A stretch of 64,000 nt of DNA from Camelus ferus (lineage: Eukaryota). The stretch is from assembly GCF_009834535.1 (NCBI RefSeq), contig NC_045701.1, positions 13,516,001-13,580,000 on the forward strand, in the 5' to 3' direction. Shown one piece after another: positions 12,491-24,055 of this stretch. The position numbers and the translations under genes are program-made. Positions within the stretch are counted from its first letter, which is position 1. Each line of letters begins with the position of its first letter. The notes beneath the pieces are model-generated. The model was not told where the DNA came from, did no database searches, and was given only the letters and a program-made list of their open reading frames with translations.

Positions 12491-12879
12491 CTCCCAAAGT
12501 AGGTATTCCACTGCAGGAGGAAGAATCAAATCATCCAACCAGCCCAAATAAAATCATCAAACATTCAGAGAATGAAGGGATGTGAATAGATTTCAGATGC
12601 AGAAGCTCTTTACCTTGACATTAATACATCTATTTAGAATGTTATTGGTACCACATTCTCAGAGAAGGCACATATAATTGCGTGAGAGGTTTCAACGTAT
12701 CTGTGTGATTTCTCATTGATGTCCTTTCCCCATTATTCAGTAGATTTCACTACTGTCATTGAAAAAGGGGCCAAATTAGGTAATTTTATCAGATTTGCAG
12801 ATCAGCAGCCCTCTTCAGCTGACATTTTATTATGGTGTTGGTATAAGAACTTCCCAAGCCAGCTCTAGTCAATTAGAGG

Positions 12880-13105
12880 AGGCACTCATTATCACTTTCA
12901 CTTAAAACAACAAACATTTCGGGAAACTTTACCACACATAAAGCACTATCCATTATACTATGATAGTTCTCTTCTCAGCAACCTCTGTGTTCAGGTAAGA
13001 AAACAGATTACTTGACTTGTCCAAGTTCATAGAGACACCAAGTGGCAAAAATAAGATCCAAATAAAGGTCATCTGGATCACTTGTCCATGCTCTTTCCAC
13101 TCTAC
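12880..13105 (-). mobile_element. MIR/MIR3
   Basis: ttctcagcaacctctgtg...ttacttgacttgtccaagttcatagag...gtccatgctctttccactctacca. Confidence 0.7.
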
Positions 13106-13359
13106 CAAGGACTGCAGCAGACTTAGGGCAAGTAACTTCTAAAAGAATGGCACCAGCATTCAAGGAAAGATCAGCCCTCCCTCTGAGGGGCAGGCCAGTT
13201 AAATATCAGGAACTCATAGCAATTGAAGGCTCTGGAAATGAAATGCTGCTATGTGGGAGCGTAGAGGAAGAACTTCCAGAGAGTGAGTTTAACAAGCTAT
13301 TTTGTTCAATAAATTGTAAGTACATGTTGGAGAAGGGGAAAGGCTTCCCTTTACCCTTC

Positions 13360-13730
13360 TTCATTCATTCAATGGATCCTGGGGGTTTCCTCTTCATTCA
13401 TTCATTTGTTCATTCATTTGACGTACATTATTGAGCACCTCCTCCAGGCCAACATTAAGTCAAGTACTGAGGATACAACAGTGAATGAGACACATATGCA
13501 CCTGCCCTCACCTGTGGACCTGTAGAGCTCACGTGTGCAGATAAGATGGTCATTTAACAACCAATGTCATAACAAAGCATCTCACTACCATTGATATAAG
13601 TGAAGACCAGTTATGAGGATGGAGTGTTAGGAGGATTCAAGCAATCCCACAGAGGTAAGGAAGATCTCTCTAAGGATGAGACATTTAAATTGAGGTGTGA
13701 AGCATGAGTGAATAGGAATCATAAGGCAAA
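13360..13730 (-). mobile_element. L2 3' fragment with (TTCA)n tail
   Basis: ttcattcattcatttgttcattcatttgacgtacattattgagcacctcctccaggcc...gaggatacaacagtgaatgagaca. Confidence 0.85.
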
Positions 13731-14149
13731 ACACTAGGGAACCAAGGAAATTTCCCATTCTTGCCTCCCTCCTTTAGGCTTCTTTATGCTTGGTTTCCTT
13801 TGCTTTATTAGCTAAATGCCATGACTACCATAATGGTTACCAGCTGAACCTTAATTCAGCACTTGGCTGGTCCAACTTACTGACAATTTGGAGACCTGTA
13901 TATGTAAAACTTTGACAGGTCAGAGGCAACCTGACTGATACGCCTGATAATTTTCTGCTAAGTCTGATTTCAAATCATAGCTAGTCTGGCAATTGCTATA
14001 CTGACCATCCCTCTTCCCCTTTATTCTCTCTTTGTACAACTTCTCACACTGAGCCAGATATGCCCCTCTGCACACTAAGCCACACAAAACTCCACATTTC
14101 CTTATTTGAGTCCTCTCTTTCCTTTCACTATTTTTCTGTACCTGGATAT

Positions 14150-14552
14150 TGCTGCAGACTGACTTGTATTTCCCCAAAATTCATATGATGAAGCCCTAAC
14201 CCCCAAAGTGGCTGGATTTGGAAATAAAACCTTTAGGGGGGTAATTAAGGTTAAATGAGGTAATACGGGTGAGACTTTAATCCAACAATAGCAGTGTCCT
14301 TAAAAGAAGAGGAAGAGATGGCAGAAAGCTTTCTCTTTCTCTCTCTGTGAACCCACAGATAAAAGACCATATGAGGACACAGTGAGAAGGCAACCATCGA
14401 CAAGCCAAGAGGAGAGACCTCACCAGAAACCAACTCTGCCAGCATCTTGATCTTGGACTTCAAGCCTCCAGAACTGTGACAAAATTAATTTCTGTTGTTT
14501 AAGCTACGCAGTCTATGGTACTGTGTCAAGGCAGCCCAAGCTGACTAACACA
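14150..14552 (+). mobile_element. MLT1A-type MaLR solo LTR
   Basis: Full LTR from tgctgcagactg to gcagcccaagctgactaacaca, with the diagnostic ccagcatcttgatcttggacttcaagcctccagaactgtg. 5-bp TSD GATAT/GACAT. Confidence 0.92.
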
Positions 14553-15287
14553 GACATGAAAACAGAAATCTGCAGGGTGTAGCACATGTGTAAGAAGTGT
14601 TAATGGGGCTGCATATGAGTACTGCAAAGGTAGTAACTGCACAACTTGTGCTTCTAGCTCTGGTACCTAGGAAGAGGGAATGACAGTGATTTGGAGAAAA
14701 AATCATTGTGGGGTTGTCCAGATAGGAAGGCTAAGAGCTTACAAAGGCACCACTGCATCATTGCAGGTAAATGACAACAATTTCACATGTCTGTTCTAAA
14801 ACCTTGTTTTTAAGTTATCTTCATCATGTTCTGCATTCCAAGCAGGGGATACAGGCCCTTCCTGAAAGAATTTCCTAATGGTTTCTATCAGAAAGTGTTG
14901 GCAGCCATCTAGTTACTAGAAGCAACCTCCTTGACTAAAGATCAAAATAGTAAAGTCATTATTTTCCTATGGGATTGATCTGGAGAGGGGAGAGGCTTTA
15001 AAGAAAAGTAAAGATTTCGATAAGGCTTTTCAGATCTGGTAAACCAAGTCTCATGGAACTTCATCCTTGGTGGCCATATAGGTAACAAATGTAGCTATTC
15101 TCCCTTCTTCAATTGTAGGCACTTTAGAGGGAAAAGATCCAAACCTTCCAAGTTGATCCCTAGTTCTAGGAAGGAAATTGGATTTTTCCTTGGAATACCT
15201 TGGAAGCAGACAGAAAGCTTTACTTAGGTTTAAGTAGCCATCTTACAGGATTTCTGACACTGAGTAACCTGAAGGAAAAAAAGGCAT

Positions 15288-15748
15288 TATATCAATCAGT
15301 TATATCCAATAATACTGTGTAACAGACAACCTTAAAACTAAGTGACAGTCAACAGTAAACATTTATTTCACACTCATGAACCAGTGGGACAGCTGCAGTT
15401 TGGCTGATCTAGGCTGGACTGAGCTGCAGGTGGGTTCACTTCTGCTCCACCTGTCTCTCGTCCTCTTTGGACCAGCAGCTACTCAGAGATACTATTCTCA
15501 TAGCAAAAGTCAGAAGCACAGACAGGTAAGCAAAACTCCAGAAGGACATCTTAAGCCTTTCCTTTCACAAATAATATAATCAGGCCCCAAATCAAAGTGC
15601 AGGGAAGTACACTCCTCTCACCATGAGGCCAAAACAAGTGATATGGCCAAGCCCAACATCAATGGGTTGAGAAAGTATATTCTTCCCATGGTGGGAGGGG
15701 GAGTAAGAGAAGAGTGAATATTTTCTTGACTATAGTCTATTTACCACA
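15288..15748 (-). mobile_element. MLT1J/K-type MaLR solo LTR
   Basis: Ends tatatcaatcagttat... and ...ttaccaca (reverse complement of TGTGG...); internal ggccaagcccaacatcaatggg motif. Confidence 0.8.
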
Positions 15749-15860
15749 AGAATGTTATCCATATTCTACAAATAAAGAAACTGGGGTCACTTGCCCGAAG
15801 TGCAGAGCTAGGATTTGAATCCAAGCCCATATTTTTCCAAAGTTCACATTCTTTTTCACT
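15749..15860 (-). mobile_element. MIR fragment
   Basis: ccatattctacaaataaagaaactggggtcacttgccc...ctaggatttgaatccaag. Confidence 0.75.
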
Positions 15861-15984
15861 CATCTGCTACCCTCCAGGTAAAAAAAGGAAAAATAAAAGG
15901 AAACAATGTCATAGTAGCAACAGAATAAGGAGACATGACTATAAACTAGGACAAGGGATGCCCAGAAAGAAGTTAGCATAACAA

Positions 15985-16110
15985 ACACACTTCATTTCAT
16001 CCATTCAAAAAAATACTGAGCACCCACAATGCACTAAGTACTGCAGTAAACACTGGAGAAGGACAGGACTATCATTCTAGATGGGCATCTCTCACTGTTA
16101 GATGACACTT
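15985..16110 (-). mobile_element. L2 tail fragment
   Basis: ttcatccattcaaaaaaatactgagcacccacaatgcactaagtactg. Confidence 0.6.
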
Positions 16111-16329
16111 GGTTAAATGAAACAGAGCTGTCAGGCTATATCTTCCTAGATCCTTTACAGGGCCTCTTTTATGTACTTTTTGCCATCTAACTGCCCCACC
16201 TTGCCAAGCCTGACCACCTAAATTCCTACCCTGACAAAGGCCCTTCTCCACCACCAGTCAGTTCAGCACCTCAAAGCAACTCAGGTCTCCATCAGCCAAG
16301 ACGAAGAACCACAAGGCTATTCTGACATG

Positions 16330-17190
16330 TGTTCCTAAACCATCCAGCACTTTCTACTCTATTTACCTTGACTTTCCCCATTACAGTTTCCTTGCTGTCT
16401 CTCCTATCACCATGCTGTCACCTTATACCACCCAGCTCTCCTGACTACAATCTCTGCTGGTCCAACACAAATACTGTCTCTCCATCATAATAATAAATTC
16501 TTGGATTACTTCATGAAACCCACATATGCTTAGGAACCTTGAAGTTCAGTTCTATATGAAGCAATTTAAATCTTTCCTGAAGTTACCCAAAGACCACCCA
16601 AAATAAATAGCAAAGCTTTTTAAAATCCCTTTCACTATCATCTCTATCCCACAAACATGGCACCTGTCCCTGAAATTTCTTTCCTTTCTTTCACCCAAAA
16701 CTACCCCCGCAGAATCCTCAGTTATCCAGCCCCTATTGACTCCTTTTTTCTCATCTTCCCTTCCGTCTACCCCTTTGTTCTGTTGGTGCTCTGGGGCCCA
16801 TTCAATGAGCCAGGTGCCCTCCAGCCTCAGGGTCTTGTCCTGGCTGTTTCCTCTGCTTTGAAATACTCTCCACCTAGATATCTACCTGGTTCAGTCTTGC
16901 TCCTTCTTTGCTCAAATGCCATCTTCACTGTGAGGCTTTCTCAGACCACACCAGATAAAACTGCATGCCTCCCCACACTGTCTACCCCCCGTCCTCCTTC
17001 TCCGCTTTCTCTATTTCCATAGCACTTGTCACCATCTGACATACTACATATTTTACTTCTTTATCTTGTCTCCCCTCACTGGAGTACCAGCTCCATAAAG
17101 GTAGGAGTTGTTGCCTGTTTTGTTCACTGCTGTATCTCCAGCACAAGGCTTGGTACATAGTGAGCCTTCTAAAATATGTATTCACCCATT
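16330..17190 (+). mobile_element. L2a-type 3' fragment
   Basis: ttgctccttctttgctcaaatgccatcttcactgtgaggc...tagcacttgtcaccatctgacat...gttttgttcactgctgtatctccagcac matches the L2a 3' end. It explains ORF 16657-17022. Confidence 0.88.
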
Positions 17191-18782
17191 ATTATTATTC
17201 TACAGAATAAAGATCCAAAAAGAAATTGGCAAAACCGAGGGTGGTGAGGGAGATGAAGAGGAGGGAAGCTGTGACTACTCAACATGTAATATTTTTTCAT
17301 TTTTTTCACGCTGACACACTGTAGCATTGTCCTTGGTCTGACCCAGCTCCAAGATCCTCCCTCCTGTACAGAACTTGATCCAACCCCTTCCTTGGGCTAT
17401 CCTATAACCATTCTGTATTCCCTCATTCTTACAGTCTTCCCTATGATCTGAACATGTTCTGTTTCACCCTCTCAGGAAGAGGTAATCGTTTCGTTCACTT
17501 TTGATACACTAAGTTCACAGTTCCAATGATTCCTCATGGCACAAAGCAATGTTGTCTGGGGTTATTTTTAAAAGACTTCCCTTAGAGACAGAATTTATCC
17601 CACAAGAATAAATCTCTAAATGTTAGAGAATTGGGGCTTGTAAACCAAAATGTACCTCTGAGACACCATCAGCCATAGTTCCTCTGGAGAAAAGCAGCTC
17701 ATTCACAGGTCATGTGAAACGATTGTTTCTGTCACGGAAACAAGGTCCTCCAAATAGACACTAGGATCACAGATCTCTGTAATGTTACCATGAAGAGACA
17801 CCTAGAGTGCTCTGCCCTCAAAATGTAATGCCATTAGAATGCTTCTGAGCATAAACATGTCCTGAAATGTGGTTGAGGGATTATCAGTGGATGTATATTT
17901 CATTCCTGTTTTCCAGCTCCCATTTACCATAGATAATTGGGAACTGACTAAATAAGATGGACAATAAACAGGCTTGCAATATATTTCTAATAAAATCAAA
18001 TCAACTGCTTATACTCTCTCTTTTCCCATTCTTCCTTTACACTGTTAGTTAAGATAAAATATTACTTAAATATATATGTAAATATAATACTTAAACAGCC
18101 AGAGTATAAAGTTAAATTAAAAAGCAGCAAGAAGAAAATATGGGTGAATATGAATACTTATCTGATCTACGTAAGAGAAGGAATATTTAATTATAGAAAT
18201 AATGAATGAAAAAATAAAAAATAAAGAAAAGATATTGTATTTTATAAAAATAAAGCTGTAACTATTATTTACAAGAGATATTTTACTCTACAAAATATAA
18301 TACTAGACTATCATTTGCATCAATAATGAAAAAACTTTAACATTTTATATATAAAGAGTTTCTGCAAATCAGTAAGAAAAATACAAGCACCCTGCAGAAA
18401 AAAAAAAAAACATAAAATCATGAACAGCCCAAAGAACAAAAAAGAAAATACAAAATCATGAATAAACATATTAAAAATGTTCAAGCTCACCAATAATCTA
18501 TATATATATGTATATAAAATCAAGACAATGTTATCTGCCTATTAAATTTGCCAAGTATTTTTATCTTTATACACAAATGTTGAAGGATGCAGAAAAATAA
18601 ACATGTTTATATAATGCTGCTGGAAAACTGGCATCATCTTTCAGGAGGGCAATTGACAATTTATACATATTCTTATTTTTTATGTAATAATTTCATCCTT
18701 AGTAATTTATCCTAAGGAAATAATCAGAGATTTACACAAATATTTATTTATAGTGACATTTGTTCTCTAAAGAACTTTTTAT

Positions 18783-18930
18783 NNNNNNNNNNNNNNNNNN
18801 NNNNNNNNNNNNNNNNNNNNNNNNNNNNNNNNNNNNNNNNNNNNNNNNNNNNNNNNNNNNNNNNNNNNNNNNNNNNNNNNNNNNNNNNNNNNNNNNNNNN
18901 NNNNNNNNNNNNNNNNNNNNNNNNNNNNNN
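18783..18930. other. Assembly gap (148 N)
   Basis: N run. Confidence 1.
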
Positions 18931-19030
18931 GAGACTTGGAAACACTCTAAATGCTTACTAATAGAGAAAGGTTAAGTATATGATGACAGTCATACAGTAA
19001 AATATTGTGCAACCACTGAAATTATTTAAT

Positions 19031-20083
19031 TGTGGAAGACTGTACTTCCCCAAAATGACTGCAACAATATTTCTGATCATATGTGGTCTTCCAGAGCCCT
19101 GCCATTTCCCACTATGGTAAGCTGAATAACAGCCCCCACAAAGATGTCCATGTCTAATCCCTGGTACTTGTGAATATGTTACCTTTCATTGTAAAAGTAA
19201 CTTTGAAGATGTGATTAAGCTAAGGATCTTGAGATGAGGAAATAATCCTAGAGCCCTGTGTAATCACAAGGGTCTTTATAAGAGAGAGGTAAAAAGATTG
19301 GAGTCAGAAGAAAAAAATGTAATGACAAGAGCAGAAAATCCTAGTCAGAGAGGAATCTGAAGATGCTAGGCTCCTGGCCTTAGAGGGGCCATGAGAGCCA
19401 AGGACTGCAGGCAGCCTCTTGAACCTGGAAAAGGCAAGGAAACAAATTCTCTCCTAGAGCCTTCTAGGAGTATGGGCTTGCCAATACCTTGATGTTGGCC
19501 CAGTGAAGCCCATTTCAGACTTCTGACTTCCAAAACTGTAAGATAATAAATTTATGTTATTTTCAATTTATGACATCAGTGATAGGAAATTAATGAATTA
19601 TTTGAGAGGTCCGTGTGTCAAGGGGAGAGCTTTTGTGGGCTTTTGGGTTGGCCTTTGTGACTGCCTTGGTGAATAGCATGTGGCAGAAGTCATAAAAGGT
19701 GAGTTGGCTTCAGCCTGGCCTTTTTCTATGGACATGCACTCATGGGGCCTTGAGCCACCATGTAGGGAGCATGGCTACCCACAAGCTATCATGCAAGCAA
19801 GACCACATTAGAGACTAGAAGAAATGTCCAAGAAACCCCGCTGTTCCAGCCTCCAGCTGTTCGAGTCTTTCTAGCCCAGGCTCTAGGTCTGTGAATAAGC
19901 AAAGCTCAGATAATGAGCCCAAGCCACTCTCTGATTCCAACTGCATGAAAAACCCTGAGCAAGAACTACTTAGCCAAGCCTAGCCAACTTTCAGAACCAT
20001 GAAGAAAATGATAAAATCCCTCTATTGTTTTATGCCATTAGGTTTTGTAGTGGTTTATTATGCATCAATAAATAATTAATACA
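19031..20083 (+). mobile_element. MLT1F-type solo LTR hosting a nested MLT1D
   Basis: Starts tgtggaagactgtacttccccaaaatgactgcaacaatat and ends ...aataattaataca. Perfect 5-bp TSD TTAAT at 19026-19030 and 20084-20088. Confidence 0.85.
19113..19597 (+). mobile_element. MLT1D-type solo LTR
   Basis: tatggtaagctgaataacagcccc...aaagatgtccatgtctaatccctgg...gacttctgacttccaaaactgtaagataataaattt. Confidence 0.88.
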
Positions 20084-20854
20084 TTAATGATAAAGAGAAA
20101 TGCTCAGAATATAATGTTAAGTGAAAAAATAGCCTATAGGGTGTGTGTGTATGTGTGTACACAGAGAAAAAACTTGGAGTTACCAAAACATGCTGCATAT
20201 GAAGGTTACTGTTGTGTGCTACGTAAGGAAATTAATATCTTCTTCTTTATGTTTTTCTTTATTTCCAAAGTCTATATAATAAACACACATTACTTTTGTA
20301 ATCAGGGGAAAATAGTTTTAAGATCTTTAGACACTATTACTTCTAAATGTATCATAATTTCAAAAAACATGAGTGTGTCCTCTGTAGGGACACATGCACA
20401 CAGGCATGTATGTGCATATTGAAGATAAAGAGAACAGTTTGGGAAGGGGGTCACTTTAATCTGAGTGAGAACACGAACCTTTAAATCCTACTTTTATTCC
20501 TCCCTTTCCTGCAGAAGAGATGGCAGCAAGTAACTTATAATATAGGGTCAAATACCTAATCCTTTTAGCCACCCCCAACTCGACTGTAATTGACTGAAAC
20601 AACTAGGTTTGGATTCTTTTCTGTGACACAGATAAAAGATTATCTACAGTTTCTCCTGGAGAGAGGAAAGTAAGTCATCCCTTTGAAAATCAACTCTTTC
20701 TCTGGGCATAGTGCCTAAAATCCACCCGTTTTTGCTGTTCCCCACCAGTACCTCCAAAAGATAGGCACCCAGAGAGAAGCTGGGGTCAAAATGAGAAAGT
20801 GAAAAGGAGGGAGGTAGAGATCTCTGGTCTCAGGACTCTATTGCATCCTACTTA

Positions 20855-21050
20855 ATTCTAATGATACCCCTGGGGGTGGAATTAACAATTCCCATTTTAC
20901 AGATAAGACATTGAGTATCAGAAAGATTAAGTGATTTACCCAAGTCAAAAGCTAACAAATGGCAAAGCTGACTTTCAATACAAAGCTTCTTATGATAGCA
21001 AGACAGCATTCACTATCTTTTTGCCTCAGTTTCCTAGTTCCCACTTTCAG
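20855..21050. mobile_element. MIR fragments (minus, then a short plus piece)
   Basis: cccattttacagataagacattgag... followed by tgcctcagtttcct. Confidence 0.75.
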
Positions 21051-22732
21051 AGTTGTAGCGTGAATTACATTTTTGAATGCACATATCCTATTACATGGAA
21101 CAATGCCTACCACTTGAAAATACCCTAATACCAGCATTAGCTTCCATTTTAATTGTATGAATCAAAGTCACATCAGAAAGCACATGCAGGCATGGAGATC
21201 CACAACTGTCCTCCTTTCAGAAATCCTGCACTCCGTATCACACCATTGAAGGGTAGAGCAGCAACCAACCCAGCAGTGGTTGTTTTTACAGGAAAACTAA
21301 AGCTAGATTTGGATCCCACAAAGCAGCAACCTAGTGACCCACCTCAGACACACATTTTCCTTGCTTTTTTTTCAGACTGCACAATAGCTCTCACACCGTC
21401 CAAGGGCTATCATTAAAAGTTAGCCACTCTCCAAATGTGTCGATTCTGGTGGCACTGACAAGTGAGGTGGGAGGCAGGAGGCCTCCTCCCACACAAACTG
21501 GTCGGTTCTATAAAATAAATGAGGAGGGAAATGGTGTTGGGGTGGGATCTGCCTTCTAAATGCACTGAAAACAGAGGCTCCTGTCTTTTGGCATTTCCTA
21601 AAAGGCCTCTTGAGCTTTCCTTGGCAAGCCTTGAGATTGAGGGTACTTTTAGCTGTTTAAGCCTTTCTCTTCTAACAGGGGTCAAAGGGCTGGAAAGATC
21701 TTCTCAAAAGGATAGAGAAGGAATCATTAAAAGGGAGGAGAGGGAGAGTGACAGAAGGTCAGCATTTTTTTTCCTAATGGGTGCGTCCCTGAGGGTTGAG
21801 CTCAGTGGCCGCGTGCTGCACACAGGCACCTAGCTTCCAGAAACCTGCAGCAATTCGATTTACACTTCCTCAAGCAGAGCACCCAGAGGAAGCCCAAAGA
21901 AGCAGACTGCAGAGGATGTGGAGATGAAAACAGTCACAATAGAAATCTGATTGCAATAAGTAAATTGCGTTGATTGCATTAGCTTTAAATGACAGTGTTT
22001 TAATAAGCCAGAGAGAACAAATGCTTGAAATCTTTATGTTTTGAGTCTACCATAAAGCTTATTTCTTTCAAATATGAATTTATCCTAAAAATGTTGCTTA
22101 TCGCATCACACAAAGCTTTATCTAAGGACTGGTTTGGGATTAAAATTCACCTTTACATGCAACACAAGCACACAAATGGTGAAGGTTTTCACTGATTTTT
22201 AGTCAATAAGCAATAAACTGCATTTGCACCCACACACCTATTCCTAACACCCCATCTGGTAACATTTCCACGTTTCAAGAGAAGAAATCAATAGCAATAA
22301 TCCATGAGGGACTCATAGGGTGTATATTTTTTTATAAAACTGCCATTTGAAAAAAAATTTCCCTATCTACTTAGAGCAAAAGATTGTTCTTTTTGTATGT
22401 TCACATGGAAATCACAACATTACTATTAGGGGGAGAGGAGTCAGAAGGGAAAGGGAGATGAGTTAATTAAAGCAAATGTGAGAAAATCTAAACACGTTTT
22501 TAACAATACAGGTTCTATTTAAACAACGTAAATGATAATCAGTGCACAAGCTGAAAAATCCCCAATTAACCTGCAAAATTCAAAATTACATTTTAATTCT
22601 GTTTCTAAGAAAAGGATGGTTAAAATGCATCTTGATGCAACTTAGGAAAGCCATCCTGCTTTCAACATGCAGTGCAGGGAGAAGACACCATGCCTGAACC
22701 CTGAAATTTAGAACTATGTCACTGCTGATTTT

Positions 22733-22920
22733 NNNNNNNNNNNNNNNNNNNNNNNNNNNNNNNNNNNNNNNNNNNNNNNNNNNNNNNNNNNNNNNNNNNN
22801 NNNNNNNNNNNNNNNNNNNNNNNNNNNNNNNNNNNNNNNNNNNNNNNNNNNNNNNNNNNNNNNNNNNNNNNNNNNNNNNNNNNNNNNNNNNNNNNNNNNN
22901 NNNNNNNNNNNNNNNNNNNN
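22733..22920. other. Assembly gap (188 N)
   Basis: N run. Confidence 1.
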
Positions 22921-23869
22921 ACCTTTTTAAAAATGGGCCAGTCTTGTATGCTTAAGCTTCGTAACATGCTCCCCCCTCAAAAAAACAACAAATGGTGACT
23001 GACCATTTGAAAATTGGAATGTTACAGCAGCAAGAGGTAAGGTCAAAAGCAGAAATCCTCCTTTCTGTAAGATGATCAGACACCATGGGATAAAAACGTG
23101 CAGGAAAAAGGAAGGCTAATATGAAGCAAGAGGACAGGAATCATATTTCTTCTCGGCAGGGTGACAAATAAAAAGTTGCCTTTATTTTTCTGTGCAAATA
23201 AACTCTACTTTAGGAATTGTGGCAGTGGGTTGGTCTCCCATAAAATAGGTTTTACCTGCTATTGTGACAAACTAAGGCAGGGAGGAGTGAGCAGCAAGGT
23301 AATTGCCGTCTTTTCCATTATTTTTGTCAATATTTTTGTTATTTTGTGGCGAGTTTGTAGGAAAAGTCTAGACAAATGCTATTAAGAATGAGGGCCAAGA
23401 GAAAGGATTTAATCCAATTCTTCGGCAATTCTTGTGGAAAGCATGTGTCACTGGAGTAGGCAAGACGGAATCTTCAAACACATTCAGGTCAGTCTCTGTG
23501 TGAAAACCCCTGGCTGTCCACAGGTTCTACACCTTAGAGGCTTCCCTGAATGGGATACCAGTAGCAGAAGCATCCACTGAGAAGAAAATAACCTTTGAGA
23601 AAGAAGTACAGCAAGCCAGCAGTAGCAGTTGGAAACCAATGCCTTCTGGAGAGTCCCAACTAATAAACAAAAGCCGTGAGAAATCAGGACAAGCCATGAA
23701 CCTCCATGCAGTGTAAGAAATGAAACAAGAACCAGATCTGAATTTCAGTAAGTCTAACTTACTACCTTCACCCACTGCCTATCTTCCTGGACTTTTCATG
23801 GGCAATAAGCATTTTAAATAATTACCAATCCTACTGTGAGTCAATTACATGCTGCTTTTAATGTCTCCC

Positions 23870-24055
23870 TCCTCCAGACACCCCTAACACTTTCTATTTC
23901 CTAAGGCGATGATTTGTGTGCATGTCACACTATCCACTTTAGACTTCCAGCTGCTCAATCTAAATCTCTCCTTCCTTGTACCCTCTGTGTTTCCACCTCT
24001 GGGCTTCACAAATAGTAGACACTTAAATGTTTGTTGAATGACAACTGAATGAATA
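23870..24055 (+). mobile_element. L2 3' fragment
   Basis: Ends atagtagacacttaaatgtttgttgaatgacaactgaatgaat. Confidence 0.7.

Larger units (their letters stand above)
18050..20320 (+). mobile_element. Old L1ME 3' portion, split by nested LTRs and a gap
   Basis: A-rich ORF2-end/3' UTR motifs (aaagagtttctgcaaatcagtaagaaaa; ttggaaacactctaaatg; ataatgttaagtgaaaaaa; cattacttttgtaatcagg). Confidence 0.75.

Noticed and set aside
15516-15526. 11-nt match to miR-214 (GCACAGACAGG)
   Set aside because: Partial match inside an MLT1 LTR with no precursor hairpin.
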